Counted from the first letter of the stretch, positions 1 to 9,936 are shown. The stretch is 50,803 bases of DNA from Blastocatellia bacterium (GCA_022615215.1 JAKEHD010000252.1:1-50803); one strand, 5' to 3'. Translations and numbers: made by a program. Notes: generated by a model not told the origin, from the letters alone.

Positions 1-1593
1 AGGCCCCTTGTACAGCTTGTTCTGCTTGTGCCAGTTGCAACTGCATTCGGCGCGCGTTATGCGCTCGTCTTTATCTATCCAGAGCGAGGGAGTGAAAATC
101 TTATCCTTCTCTCTGACGGTTCCTCTGAGTTCGAGCAGGTCCGCCGCGTCTATCATCGCCCAGGTCACCTGCGTCGCGTTGGCTAAGAGAAATTGTGTCG
201 CTTTCTCTTCGCGCGGATTTGCGAACCTGAGTTGCTCCATAGGCAGAGGCTCGCGGCTGAGTTCGCGCACGCGGTAGACTCGTTTGTTCAAATCGTAGAT
301 CGCGCGCCCCGCCTGTGTGTATGCGCTAAGTGCGCCGAGCACGAGGCTGCGATCCAGGTTCAGGCGCGATGCGAGAGCGTCGGGGCTTTCGGCCCAGTTC
401 TGCTTGAGATAGTTGAAGACTTCGCGTTTGGTGAAATCGTCGATATCCGCTCGCGGGGCCATCAAATCGAAATTCCCCGCCCTCGACCAGTCGTTGGCCG
501 TCCATCCCGATAGCCCCAGCGTGAATGACATATCGCCGAGGTCTGCTACATAGAATGACGGCAAACCCGTGCCTAAAAGATGAACTGTGAATCTCTTCGC
601 CACAGGTATGAGCCGTTCGAGAATGTGTATTCGGCGGCGGCCCCATACGCGAATCACTTCGGGATCGTTTCCTTCATAAATAGAGCGCGGACATGGAACT
701 TCGGTCTCCCAGGGTTCGAAGACCACCTTGACGGGATGGCCCGGACTGAGGTGATAGCGCATGCTGCGAGGGCCGCGTTTTTCTTTATGGCGGCGCAGCA
801 CGAAGCACAGGTTGTGAATGTCCATAGGGTGCAATTCGAAGGTCGTGGCCGGAAGCGACATAGCCGAACTCACTTGCAGAAATCCGCGCACCCAGCTATC
901 GGGCAGATCGATCTTTACTTCTTTGTAAACCTCTTCGCCTGTCGTCTGAACGTCGAAGCCCGTCGGGTCTATCTCGAATCGCGTGGTTTTATAACTGCGT
1001 ATCTTCTGGAACTCATCATATAGGGCCGCCGAGTAATCTATGTTCGTAGTGCCGCAGGCGAACTCGCCCACGTCTTTGAACACCTCGTAGCTTGCGCCCA
1101 ATCGGCCGTAGCTCGATTCATCCTCGCTGAAGCATTCGAAAAAAACCTCGTCCGGGTGGACGGTTATAACGGGGTCGAGCGCGAACCATATATCGCGCTC
1201 CTTCGCATAGATGTACTGTAAAAAATCGCGCTTGCTTTTTTCGTACTCGCTCCATCGCGCGCTGCGACGTTTGTATAATTCGTCATGCTCTTCTTGCAGA
1301 GTCTTTATTCGTTCTGCGACATCCTGACGCTGGGCCGCAACTATCTGCCAGTCTATAGCTTCCTGCCGGGCCGCCCACTCTTTGTAAGCCGTTCTGTCTT
1401 TCGGCTTGAATCGCAGGTCCGAAATCACTACATCGTGCAGCGCGCTTATGGCCTCGCGGAACTCTACGCCCTTGCGAAGCTCGCCCGTGAAGAAAGTAGG
1501 CTCGCGCGTCAGGTCGGGCGAAAAAGACATGTCGGTGCGCCCAGCAATGTCTGTGACCGTAGTGCTTCCTCTGTAGGTGTAATTAAACTCCAT
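1..1593 (-). CDS. SWIM zinc-finger family protein (C-terminus cut by window edge; 531 codons visible)
   Basis: Absent from the supplied track because there is no stop inside the window. My own minus-strand translation from the ATG at 1593-1591 stays open to position 1 (MEFNYTYRGSTTVTDIAGRTD...). The last visible residues, ...RAECSCNWHKQNKLYKGP, look like the CxC start of a SWIM CxCxnCxH finger. The ATG overlaps the stop of the upstream WGR gene by 11 nt. Confidence 0.8.
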   Translation of the reverse strand, partial: MEFNYTYRGSTTVTDIAGRTDMSFSPDLTREPTFFTGELRKGVEFREAISALHDVVISDLRFKPKDRTAYKEWAARQEAIDWQIVAAQRQDVAERIKTLQEEHDELYKRRSARWSEYEKSKRDFLQYIYAKERDIWFALDPVITVHPDEVFFECFSEDESSYGRLGASYEVFKDVGEFACGTTNIDYSAALYDEFQKIRSYKTTRFEIDPTGFDVQTTGEEVYKEVKIDLPDSWVRGFLQVSSAMSLPATTFELHPMDIHNLCFVLRRHKEKRGPRSMRYHLSPGHPVKVVFEPWETEVPCPRSIYEGNDPEVIRVWGRRRIHILERLIPVAKRFTVHLLGTGLPSFYVADLGDMSFTLGLSGWTANDWSRAGNFDLMAPRADIDDFTKREVFNYLKQNWAESPDALASRLNLDRSLVLGALSAYTQAGRAIYDLNKRVYRVRELSREPLPMEQLRFANPREEKATQFLLANATQVTWAMIDAADLLELRGTVREKDKIFTPSLWIDKDERITRAECSCNWHKQNKLYKGP

Positions 1594-4500
1594 CGCGCAC
1601 CTCCGGCGACCTGACCTGAAGCGGAAGCTCGACCTGCGGATACAGCCTTCGAATTTTGAGCATGGCTTCGATCATCTTCGCCCTGTCGCCTACGGCAAGG
1701 GTCAGCGATTGGCGAGTCAGAATTTCTGCGGCGATGCGCGCCGCTTCTTCGCTCTTTTCAGCTTCCGAGATCAGAAAAGCCAGTACCCGGTCCTTCGCCA
1801 CGCGGCCCCGGTTTACGAGCGAAAGCACGCTTATGAAATAGGGCGCAAGCTCCCTGAGCCGCGCGGGGACGCCCGTCGCATATCGCTCAAGATAGTTTGT
1901 GACGAAGAGTTGCAAGTCGGCAGACGGGTGCTCGCTCAACTTGAGCATGTACTCCTGGCCCGCTTCTTCTTCGAAGTGCTCGGTTATGAGCGCGCGCCCG
2001 TAAGTGCGAACCTCTTCGATCACGCTGTCGCAGATGCTTATCAGAGCGGCGGGCGTGAAGTCTTCGGATTTGAACTTCTCTCTGAAGAAAGCGAAAAGGT
2101 GATTGCGCGAGTCTTCCCATTTCGAATCGAGCAAGCGCACAGCTTTCGCCATCTCTTCGCGGTAGCCTGCGGGGTTCGAAGCTCGACGGCAGCGATCATG
2201 AATGCGCTCGAATATAACCCACGCCGCCCTTCGCACGGATTTGATTTCATGGTTCGAGAGTTTGACAAGATCGTCTATTCGGAAGCTCTCGCTCCATTCT
2301 TCGCTTCTGGCTTCGAGCACCATGCCGCCGAGTTCTTTTGCGGCAGACGATTTTTCGCCTATAAGGTTCAGGACCGTCTGCTTTGAGACGCCTTCCATCC
2401 ACCCCTGCAAATCGTCCCTGAGCATTCCCACGAGATGATTCTGGATTTCATCGGAGACGCCGGGCGTAAGCAATGCATTTATGAACAAGACCGACAGGCG
2501 ATCTACGAAGTTGGGGTTTTTGCCGCTCGCCCCGATGCGCGATATGACGGGGCGTATGCGAAGGCGCACATCTTCGAGCGCGTGCATCGATAACGCCGCA
2601 AGCAGGCTCTCGCGTTCGAGCAGGTCGTCGTCCGAAAGCTGATCGAGCAATCTTATGCCTACGCCGCGAACCTGTTCGAAGGGCGAATCGAGAAGCGCGC
2701 GAATGATCTCTTCGGGCAGACTTCTTGTTTCGGTGTCGTGATTCAAAAGAATGTTGCCGCCAAGTTCCTGCGCCGCAAGCATCGGATGCGCGAGCAGGTC
2801 CGCGACCACTTCGAGACCGACGGAGCGCAACTGAGGGCCGAAGCACTTGAAGATGGTTTCAGACAGATCATTCGCTATGGCGATTTCGTTTTCCGTGAGC
2901 GTAAGCATCCGAGCGATCAATCGAGCGATCAGCGAACGTGCCGCTTCATCTGCGAACGCTGAAGAGCGCAGCAACTCCCTTGCGAATGCGCGCGTATCGG
3001 CGTGCGCGCTTGCCGCCAGTTCCGTTAAAAATCGGCTGTCTTGCAAAAAGACCTCACGCTTCTCTTCTATCCAGCGATGCGCCTGACGGCGTCCCTCTTC
3101 GAAGGCGCAACCGGCAAGCGCGAGCACGAGTTTGAGATCGGGATTGGCAGGCTGGTAACGGTCCTTTGCCATCTCAAAGCCGAATCTCGCAGTCACTTCA
3201 TAAGGCCGTTCGAGCAGCATGAGGAGAGCGTCGATGTCGAGCGCGGCGCAGAACTCCGCGCAGGCTCTGAGCGCCTTCACTGCGAAGTGATGGACGGGGC
3301 GGCATTCGCTCTCCGAAAGCAGGTGAAGCAGTCCTTCGGGCCTTGCTTCCCATAGTTTCGGAAACGCCTCTTCGCGCAGGGCGGGTTCGGGCGAGCCGGG
3401 CGTATAAGACAGGCGGCAGCGCCAGGTCATGGTGCCGTCTTTCAGAAAGTAGCGCGGGCTGTTCCCGTAGAGGATGTGATTGAACGCAAGGTAGTTTGCA
3501 TACTCATCCCAATCGACGTGACGGGTCTGGCGCGCCTGCCAGTCGTAATAGCTCGAATGTTTTACCGGCTGCGCGTCGACGTCAGAGAAGGGAAGCAGCA
3601 CGCCTACGGCCATCTTCACATAATCGGGGTCGTCGAGCGCGCCGAGTCGCTTGAGCGTCCGCCACACGCGGCGGCGCAGGTAAGCGCGCGTCTTGTCGCC
3701 ATAAGCGAACGGCGCATTGGAGCTCTTTATATGGGCTTTCGGGTGCCGTTCTATTGTGCCATCTGCGGCGCGGACGAAGACCTGATCTTTATCCCAGGCG
3801 TATTGCCCCTGAAAATACCCTCTCGTCTCCTTCTCGAAGCGATAAGCGAGTATGCCGAACACCTCCCCGTCGCGGCGATACTCTGCGGCCTTGAAGATGT
3901 GGCGCATGCGTTGGAAGTAATTCGGCGCGAGCGGCGCAGTGCGCAAAAGGTTCAAGAGCGCGGGCCGAACGTGTTCGTTGTCGATGAGGTAGAGCCTGTC
4001 GAGCACGGCGAAGTTGCGATGATCGCCTTCGTTCAGATAATCCGCGAGCGCGAGGGCGAAATCATCTGCCGGGCCTGAGCGCGCAAGCTCGCGCAAGGGG
4101 CGCGGCACCTGCTCGATCATATCCGAGCGGAACTCAGCGCACGTCTCTTCGTCAGAGAGCTTCAATAATGCCTCGCCCGCTATCCGGCGTACCATATCGG
4201 GCGTCGAAGGGTTTGCATAGAGACGACTGAGCGGTTCGATTGCGCTCCCGTCACCGCAGAGGCCGAGCGCCCATGCGATGGAGTAATCCCTCAGCGCGTC
4301 GTCCGTGCCCATGAGATTTATGAGCAGAGGGATGGCAGCGCGCAATCGAAGTTCGCCCGCGCGCCAGATAGCGCGATCAACGGGAGAGCGTTTATCGCCT
4401 TTGCGGCGGGCGCTTTCCTTATCGGCCAGACGGTCCAGGATCATCTGATTGCGGGCATTGCTGTCTGTGGGCGTTGCGGGCCGAGGCTTTGGCGGAGCAG

Positions 4501-4762
4501 ATGGCGCGAGCGTCGCCGAGCCTGTGGCGTCGCGATAGCCTTTCTTCGTTTTCGAATTGACGAGAGAATCGAATACTTTCTCAGCATCCTTGCGAGGCAA
4601 GGGCGTAGTGGTCTTCGTGCCTTCTTTGAGTTGAGTACCTCGGCGGCCGTAGCGGAAGTTGACCACGTAGCGGTCCTGGCCGACTTCGCACAGGTCTACT
4701 TCGTAGACCTTGTCGGAGCGCCCCTCTCTGTAAACCAGAACCGTCTGTTTGATCAGTTTCAT
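1583..4762 (-). CDS. WGR domain plus HEAT-repeat protein (MolR-like architecture), 1059 aa
   Basis: The N-terminus MKLIKQTVLVYREGRSDKVYEVDL...FRYGRRGTQLKEG...KGYRD is a WGR domain. It is followed by HEAT/PBS-lyase-like repeats (AIPLLINLMGTDDALRDYSIAWALGLCGDGSAIEPL) and a long helical repeat region. Confidence 0.85.
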   Translation of the reverse strand: MKLIKQTVLVYREGRSDKVYEVDLCEVGQDRYVVNFRYGRRGTQLKEGTKTTTPLPRKDAEKVFDSLVNSKTKKGYRDATGSATLAPSAPPKPRPATPTDSNARNQMILDRLADKESARRKGDKRSPVDRAIWRAGELRLRAAIPLLINLMGTDDALRDYSIAWALGLCGDGSAIEPLSRLYANPSTPDMVRRIAGEALLKLSDEETCAEFRSDMIEQVPRPLRELARSGPADDFALALADYLNEGDHRNFAVLDRLYLIDNEHVRPALLNLLRTAPLAPNYFQRMRHIFKAAEYRRDGEVFGILAYRFEKETRGYFQGQYAWDKDQVFVRAADGTIERHPKAHIKSSNAPFAYGDKTRAYLRRRVWRTLKRLGALDDPDYVKMAVGVLLPFSDVDAQPVKHSSYYDWQARQTRHVDWDEYANYLAFNHILYGNSPRYFLKDGTMTWRCRLSYTPGSPEPALREEAFPKLWEARPEGLLHLLSESECRPVHHFAVKALRACAEFCAALDIDALLMLLERPYEVTARFGFEMAKDRYQPANPDLKLVLALAGCAFEEGRRQAHRWIEEKREVFLQDSRFLTELAASAHADTRAFARELLRSSAFADEAARSLIARLIARMLTLTENEIAIANDLSETIFKCFGPQLRSVGLEVVADLLAHPMLAAQELGGNILLNHDTETRSLPEEIIRALLDSPFEQVRGVGIRLLDQLSDDDLLERESLLAALSMHALEDVRLRIRPVISRIGASGKNPNFVDRLSVLFINALLTPGVSDEIQNHLVGMLRDDLQGWMEGVSKQTVLNLIGEKSSAAKELGGMVLEARSEEWSESFRIDDLVKLSNHEIKSVRRAAWVIFERIHDRCRRASNPAGYREEMAKAVRLLDSKWEDSRNHLFAFFREKFKSEDFTPAALISICDSVIEEVRTYGRALITEHFEEEAGQEYMLKLSEHPSADLQLFVTNYLERYATGVPARLRELAPYFISVLSLVNRGRVAKDRVLAFLISEAEKSEEAARIAAEILTRQSLTLAVGDRAKMIEAMLKIRRLYPQVELPLQVRSPEVRDGV

Positions 4763-4849
4763 AGTGATCGCCTGCCGCTGCCGCTAACATGATTCGAGCC
4801 AAACCGGCCACGCTTTTTGCGTCCGGGCTGAAGCGCCGAATGCAGATTA

Positions 4850-5452
4850 CTACAACTTTTTCCGTTTGTCAGCAATAAACCAACCGAACCTTCGCAAGAG
4901 TTGATCTGTCGAAATGACCGCAAACCCGCTTTCTTCGAGAGCCTCGACGAACCGGTCATGATCGAAGCGATCTTCTCGTGGGTGCTCAAGCAGACGCCGA
5001 ATGATTCGTTGATTTATGAACTTCTCAAAGACTTCTTCCGCATAAAAACGTCCCTTTGGCTTGAGGACGCGATGTATCTCCCTGAGAGCATCGCGCCAGT
5101 CAGGAACATGGTGGATGATGGCGAAGTCGAACACAGCGTCATAGCTGTTGTCCTCGGCCGGGATTTCAGTCACATCCCCCGTCCACAGCCGGACCTGCTC
5201 ACGACGAACCGCGAGTCTGCGACGAGCCATCTCCACCATCTTCGGGTCGAGATCGAAAGCGTCGACCTGTCGAGCGCCGAAAATATCCAAAATTATCTCT
5301 GTTCCGACGCCTCTTCCACATCCGACTTCCAGCACCGAGGCACCCGACACGCGGCCTCCCATAGCGAGCAACCGCCGCGCCTCGAATCGGCGTTGAAGAG
5401 TCGCCCGCGCCGGATTGTTCATCAGAGCTTTTTCGATACGATTCAAGAGCAA
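4850..5452 (-). CDS. class I SAM-dependent methyltransferase
   Basis: 200-aa ORF with SAM-binding motif I (VLEVGCGRGVGT) and the following acidic loop (VDAFDLD). Confidence 0.85.
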   Translation of the reverse strand: MLLNRIEKALMNNPARATLQRRFEARRLLAMGGRVSGASVLEVGCGRGVGTEIILDIFGARQVDAFDLDPKMVEMARRRLAVRREQVRLWTGDVTEIPAEDNSYDAVFDFAIIHHVPDWRDALREIHRVLKPKGRFYAEEVFEKFINQRIIRRLLEHPREDRFDHDRFVEALEESGFAVISTDQLLRRFGWFIADKRKKL

Positions 5453-5513
5453 ATCGCTACCTCACAATATCGGCAATATAGAATTACGCTTCGTATTACC
5501 CAATCTGCACATC

Positions 5514-6611
5514 TCAATATCCCGCCCGGACGCAACGGAACCCGACATTCGAACTGCCACTATCGCTTGCGCCCTTGCCGCGACTGCCGACCAGGTAGCG
5601 AACGCAATACTGATCGCTGCAAAGGAATGAGCCGCCCTTCTGCACGCGCTTGGCCAGGCCCGGCTCCTGCGGGTCAAAGCTGTCGGGCGGTCCCTGCGGA
5701 TTGCGGGCGATGTGGCCCGCCTGTGTCTGGAAATAATCGGGCCGATACCAGTCGGAACACCATTGCCAGACGTTACCGCCCATGTCGTACAGACCGAATC
5801 CGTTCGGCGGAAATGCCTTGACGGGCGAGGTGCGGTAATAGCCGTCCTCGGCGGTGTTCTGCGATGGGAATCTCCCTTGCCAGATATTCGCAGGCCATCT
5901 GCCGCCGGGTTTCAACTCATTGCCCCAGGCGTAACGGTGGCGATCCAAACCTCCGCGCGCGGCAAATTCGTACTCGGCTTCGGTGGGCAGCCGCTTGCCC
6001 GCCCATTTCGCATAAGCCATCGCATCATCCCAGGCTATATGCACGACGGGATGATCTTCACGCCCTTTGATCGTCGAGTTCGGGCCTTCGGGATGCCGCC
6101 AGTTCGCGCCGGGCACGTACCGCCACCATTGCATATAATCGTTAAGCGGAACATCCATCCCAGGCGGCGTGAAGACTGCCGAACCGGGCACGAGCATCTC
6201 AGGGTCAGCGCCCGGAAAATCTTTCGGATCGGGATAACGCTCGGCGATGGTCCGGTAGCCGGTTGCCTTGACGAACTCTTCAAACTGCGCGTTGGTGACA
6301 GGCGTTTCATCCATCCAGAAAGCGTCCAACGCGACCATGTGGAGGGGCAGTGCGTCGGGCATATTGCAATCCTCGCAGCCCATCCAGAATGTGCCGCCCG
6401 AAATCCAGACCATTCCGGAGGGCGCAGGACCGGGCGGCGGCGTGTCGTCGATCACAGGAGCGGCTGAGGCGGCGTCCGGGGTCGCCGCCGATTGATCACT
6501 CGCATGATGTCCGGCGTGCGGATCGGAGCTTGGCCGGGCAGAGGAAGAGTCCGGCCCGTTGGCGCTGCAACCTCTGGCAAACAAGAGCGTGAATAAAATT
6601 AATTGTTTCAC
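5514..6611 (-). CDS. formylglycine-generating enzyme (FGE/SUMF1) family protein, secreted or lipoprotein-like
   Basis: FGE-sulfatase hallmarks: WISGGTFWMG, HPVVHIAWDDAMAYAKWAGKRLPTEAEYE, GNVWQWCSDWY, RVQKGGSFLC. The N-terminal signal MKQLILFTLLFARGC is present. Confidence 0.9.
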   Translation of the reverse strand: MKQLILFTLLFARGCSANGPDSSSARPSSDPHAGHHASDQSAATPDAASAAPVIDDTPPPGPAPSGMVWISGGTFWMGCEDCNMPDALPLHMVALDAFWMDETPVTNAQFEEFVKATGYRTIAERYPDPKDFPGADPEMLVPGSAVFTPPGMDVPLNDYMQWWRYVPGANWRHPEGPNSTIKGREDHPVVHIAWDDAMAYAKWAGKRLPTEAEYEFAARGGLDRHRYAWGNELKPGGRWPANIWQGRFPSQNTAEDGYYRTSPVKAFPPNGFGLYDMGGNVWQWCSDWYRPDYFQTQAGHIARNPQGPPDSFDPQEPGLAKRVQKGGSFLCSDQYCVRYLVGSRGKGASDSGSSNVGFRCVRAGY

Positions 6612-6792
6612 GATGACCTTACTCGATTATTATTTCAACCTTGCATTCTCAAAATCCGGGTTCCATCCGCCCAAGTCCACGGTTGAATTCAATTGACTAT
6701 GTGCGGTTGAGCAGTGACCGATCTACTTTCCCGCCCTTGCCTGAATCGCTCATACGCGGTTTATTGTACCAAGCGCCGATCGTTCAATGCAT

Positions 6793-6824
6793 CACCGGCC
6801 CGACGGTTTCCGGCCGTGTTTTTT
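6793..6824 (+). terminator. orphan intrinsic-terminator-like hairpin plus T6 in a divergent intergenic region
   Basis: CACCGGCC...GGCCGTG forms a 7-bp stem with one bulge and an 11-nt loop, followed by TTTTTT (6819-6824). There is no convincing plus-strand CDS upstream. Confidence 0.3.
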
Positions 6825-6925
6825 GCTTGAAGTAAATCTACAGCAGCGTCGACAGACTTGTCACACCCTTGCGGCCGGGATAGGATTGGCGTGTCATTTT
6901 GTTTCTGGCTGAAGGAGACTGCGTT

Positions 6926-7516
6926 ATGAGATTGATGGCAAATCTATTGGGTGCGGCGGCGGTATTACTTTTCATCGTCAGTGCGACTGCCCAAACGAAG
7001 CCTGACTTCTCCGGCCGGTGGACGAGCGAGCCGGAGCCGGCGGCGACCTCGCCAGGTGGAGTTGGACAGGCAGGCACCGCACGAGAAGGTGAAGGACGGC
7101 GCAGTGGCGGCGGACGCAGGGTACGCATAGGCGACATGGGAAGCGGCTGGGGTTCGACCATAACGATCACACAAGATGCAGGCCGGCTGACGGTCGAGTA
7201 TGCGTTCTTCGCGCGCGGCGATATGCAGCCGCCGCTCAAGTTCGTTTACGCGCTCGACGGATCCGAGACGAAGAACTCGGTTATGATGGGGCGCGGCATC
7301 CAGGTGCAGATGTCGAGGACCGCGTGGGAGGGCGATAAGCTTGTCATCACGACGGCGCACAACTTCGAAAACCCTTCGGACGGTCAGCCGATGAAGGTCG
7401 AAGTGAAACAGACGCTTTCGCTCGAATCGCCGACCTCGCTGATCGTAGAAACGACGAGGAGCGGCGTGTTGGGCGGCCCCTCCTCGACCACGCGGACGGT
7501 CTACAGAAAGTTCTAA
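6926..7516 (+). CDS. hypothetical secreted protein
   Basis: The ATG at 6926 is preceded by GAAGGAGA (6911-6918), whereas the track ORF starts at 6899. The signal peptide is MRLMANLLGAAAVLLFIVSATAQ. I recognised no family. Confidence 0.6.
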   Translation: MRLMANLLGAAAVLLFIVSATAQTKPDFSGRWTSEPEPAATSPGGVGQAGTAREGEGRRSGGGRRVRIGDMGSGWGSTITITQDAGRLTVEYAFFARGDMQPPLKFVYALDGSETKNSVMMGRGIQVQMSRTAWEGDKLVITTAHNFENPSDGQPMKVEVKQTLSLESPTSLIVETTRSGVLGGPSSTTRTVYRKF

Positions 7517-8988
7517 TTCCGCCTGGGCGGGACGTAGGGGTCCGGCGCGTTCGGCGGGACGTGCGGGTAACGCTCGGTCGTCGCCGTGAAATCTGCGACG
7601 ATCTTGTCCATAACGCTTTGCGCCCAGGGGTTTGCATCCTTGATGTCCGACTCCTCCTTTGGATCGGAGCGCAGGTTGAACAATCGAATGAGCGGCTCGA
7701 CAGGCGGAGCGCCCGGCTCCGGCTGAAAGGCGTAGTGAAACTTCCAGTCCCTCCACTTGACCGCGCGGGTTTGGGTGCCGCTAGTGAAAAAGATGATGCT
7801 GTCGCGGTTCGACCTGGCGGTCTTGCCTTCCAGGAACGGGAGTTGATTCACGCCGTCAATCGCGCGGTCTTTCGGCACTATGTCAGCGCCGATGGCCGCC
7901 GCCAGCGTCGGGAAAATATCTATCTCATGGACGATCTCATTCGACACCCGTCCGGCGGGAATCCGGCCGGGCCAGCGAATGAGGCAAGGCGTGCGGATGC
8001 CGCCTTCCATCACTGTATTGTAGAAGCCATTCCAGGGGCCTGCCGAGCCGCGCCAGGGCCGCCGCTGTTCCGCGCCATTGTCTGTGCACCAGAAGACGAT
8101 TGTATTCCGCTCGATTCCCAATCGCTCGATCGCGTCGAGCACAAGGCCCGTGTTGTAGTCTACATCAGCCATCGCATCGCCTATGTCGCCCGCGCCGGTC
8201 TTGCCCGCAAAGTCCTTATGCGCAAGGGTGGGGAAATGTATCTGGGTTATGGGATAGTAGAGGAAGAAGGGTCTGTTCGCCCTCACGTTGCGTTCCATGA
8301 ATGCGACGCCTCGCTCGGCGGCCTCACGGTCCAGCGTGCGCCGCGTGTCGAGGTCGAAGACCTTTACCTTCCGCGACGGCTCGCCTGCCTTGCCCTCCCA
8401 GATGTAGGGTGCCTCCATAGTGGCGGGGTCGAAGTCAGGTCTGGTCGTCGTCTGCGCCTCATTGCTCGTCATAGGGATTCCGTACCATTCATCGAAGCCC
8501 TGATCTGTGGGTGCGCGCCCTTTCTGCCAGTCGCGGCCTCCCAGGTGCCACTTGCCAAACAGCGCTGTCGCATAGCCCACAGACCTCAGCGCTTCGGCCA
8601 TTGTGACCTCCCACTGCGTAATCCCTGAGTTTTGCACTGCGCCTGTTCGCACGGCGTAGCGCCCTGTGAGAAGAGCCGCCCTTGAGACCGTGCACGAGAA
8701 CTCGACGTTGAAGTTGGTGAGCCGTATCCCCTCGGCTGCGAGCCGGTCGATCCGCGGCGTCTGCGCACCGCGCACGCTCCCATAGACTCCCACCTCGCCC
8801 CAGCCGAGATTGTCGGGGAAGATCAGAACTATATTCGGTCGCCGCTGCCCGGACGTTTGCGCGCGCGCCGCCGGTTGAATCACATCGCCGGGCAGATTGA
8901 TCCGCGTCAGCAAGGCAATCAGGTCAGCCCCTATAATCATCGCAATCAGTGCCGCAAAACAGAAAATAAACGACAGCCGTGATCTCAT
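7513..8988 (-). CDS. arylsulfatase-family sulfatase (type I, FGly-dependent)
   Basis: Sulfatase N-terminal block PNIVLIFPDNLGWGEVG, active-site segment FSCTVSRAALLTGRY, and GKWHLGG. An N-terminal signal or anchor is present. Confidence 0.9.
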   Translation of the reverse strand: MRSRLSFIFCFAALIAMIIGADLIALLTRINLPGDVIQPAARAQTSGQRRPNIVLIFPDNLGWGEVGVYGSVRGAQTPRIDRLAAEGIRLTNFNVEFSCTVSRAALLTGRYAVRTGAVQNSGITQWEVTMAEALRSVGYATALFGKWHLGGRDWQKGRAPTDQGFDEWYGIPMTSNEAQTTTRPDFDPATMEAPYIWEGKAGEPSRKVKVFDLDTRRTLDREAAERGVAFMERNVRANRPFFLYYPITQIHFPTLAHKDFAGKTGAGDIGDAMADVDYNTGLVLDAIERLGIERNTIVFWCTDNGAEQRRPWRGSAGPWNGFYNTVMEGGIRTPCLIRWPGRIPAGRVSNEIVHEIDIFPTLAAAIGADIVPKDRAIDGVNQLPFLEGKTARSNRDSIIFFTSGTQTRAVKWRDWKFHYAFQPEPGAPPVEPLIRLFNLRSDPKEESDIKDANPWAQSVMDKIVADFTATTERYPHVPPNAPDPYVPPRRN

Positions 8989-9018
8989 GGTAGTCTCTCC
9001 TTAAACGTGGAAGAATTA

Positions 9019-9936
9019 CTATCGCGGCTGCCGGGGCTGCCGCGCCCTTCCCACGTAGACATTGCCGGGCATTTTATGTGCCGGGATGACCTGCCTGACG
9101 AGTTCGTACAGCCGCGGATCGTTCTCCAGCAGCCACTCCCGCGTCTGCCCGTTCGAGTATGTGTAGGACTCGACGCCGCCTGCCCAGTACTCGTTGAGGT
9201 TGTTGCCATAGTAGCCCTGCGCCGTGCGCAGACCCTGCTTTTTGGCAGCCGCGTAGGCGTCTTCGACAGCCTTGCGATACTCAGGGTCGACTGTGTAGAT
9301 CGCGCCTCGCATAATGCCGTGCGAGAACTCATGCACGAGGAGCGATTGTCCGAAGTAGCGCGTGCCCGGATAGCCGAGCAGGTTCTCCTCGGCGCAGGAG
9401 GTCGTGTTTTCGCCGTCCGGCTCACCTCCGAAGCCGCGACCGCGCCTGTTCCAGTATTGCTCCCCGGTCATGGTGCCGACCCCGCCGGGTTTGTAGTAGT
9501 TCTCCCGCTGCTGAGGCGTGAGCCGTTCGTCATCGATCCTGGGCAGCAAACGGTACTTGCGGTGTTCGGGGATGTCATAAGTCACTTCGGTCTCGGCCAT
9601 GATGGCGACCTTCCACTTCTTGCGTATGAGTTCCTTGCGGAGGTCCGGGCGTTCCGAGAGCATGAACTGCACTATGTCGCGCGCCATCAGAAGCGCCTCA
9701 TCGGGCACCTTCTCCGAACTGACGATCGGGATGCCGTGCGCGTCGGCGTACTTTTTGTAGAAGGGATCCAGTCCGAGCGCAGCGGGCGGAGCTGTCACCG
9801 TGAAGGTGATGTAATTCTGGAGCAGCGCACTCTCGCGCTTCTGCGCGGCACCCTGGCGGGCCTGATTCATCGCCGCGAGCGCCGCGAGCGACAACCCTGC
9901 TATAATCAGAAAGCCTGCAACGATGAACTTATGCAT
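9019..9936 (-). CDS. putative secreted zinc metallopeptidase-like protein (HExxH)
   Basis: The ATG at 9936 has GAGGAGA upstream, whereas the track start at 10005 lies further upstream. The signal peptide is MHKFIVAGFLIIAGLSLAALAA, and there is a single HExxH (LLVHEFSHGIM). I did not recognise the family. Confidence 0.6.
   Translation of the reverse strand: MHKFIVAGFLIIAGLSLAALAAMNQARQGAAQKRESALLQNYITFTVTAPPAALGLDPFYKKYADAHGIPIVSSEKVPDEALLMARDIVQFMLSERPDLRKELIRKKWKVAIMAETEVTYDIPEHRKYRLLPRIDDERLTPQQRENYYKPGGVGTMTGEQYWNRRGRGFGGEPDGENTTSCAEENLLGYPGTRYFGQSLLVHEFSHGIMRGAIYTVDPEYRKAVEDAYAAAKKQGLRTAQGYYGNNLNEYWAGGVESYTYSNGQTREWLLENDPRLYELVRQVIPAHKMPGNVYVGRARQPRQPR

Noticed and set aside
4901-5821. 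306-aa plus-strand ORF. Similar long shadow ORFs occur at 7561-8628 (+), 33992-34909 (-), 35118-35897 (-), 36010-36798 (-), 44992-45798 (+) and 46748-47536 (+).
   Set aside because: Each lies antisense to a gene with clear family motifs (methyltransferase/FGE, sulfatase, cdaR, glmM, the secreted glycine-zipper protein, and the rSAM paralogues). None has recognisable domains.
7513-7516. Convergent genes whose stop codons overlap (TAA at 7514-7516 on the plus strand, CTA at 7513-7515 giving TAG on the minus strand).
   Set aside because: The overlap is real but is a trivial consequence of compact convergent packing. There is no evidence of function.
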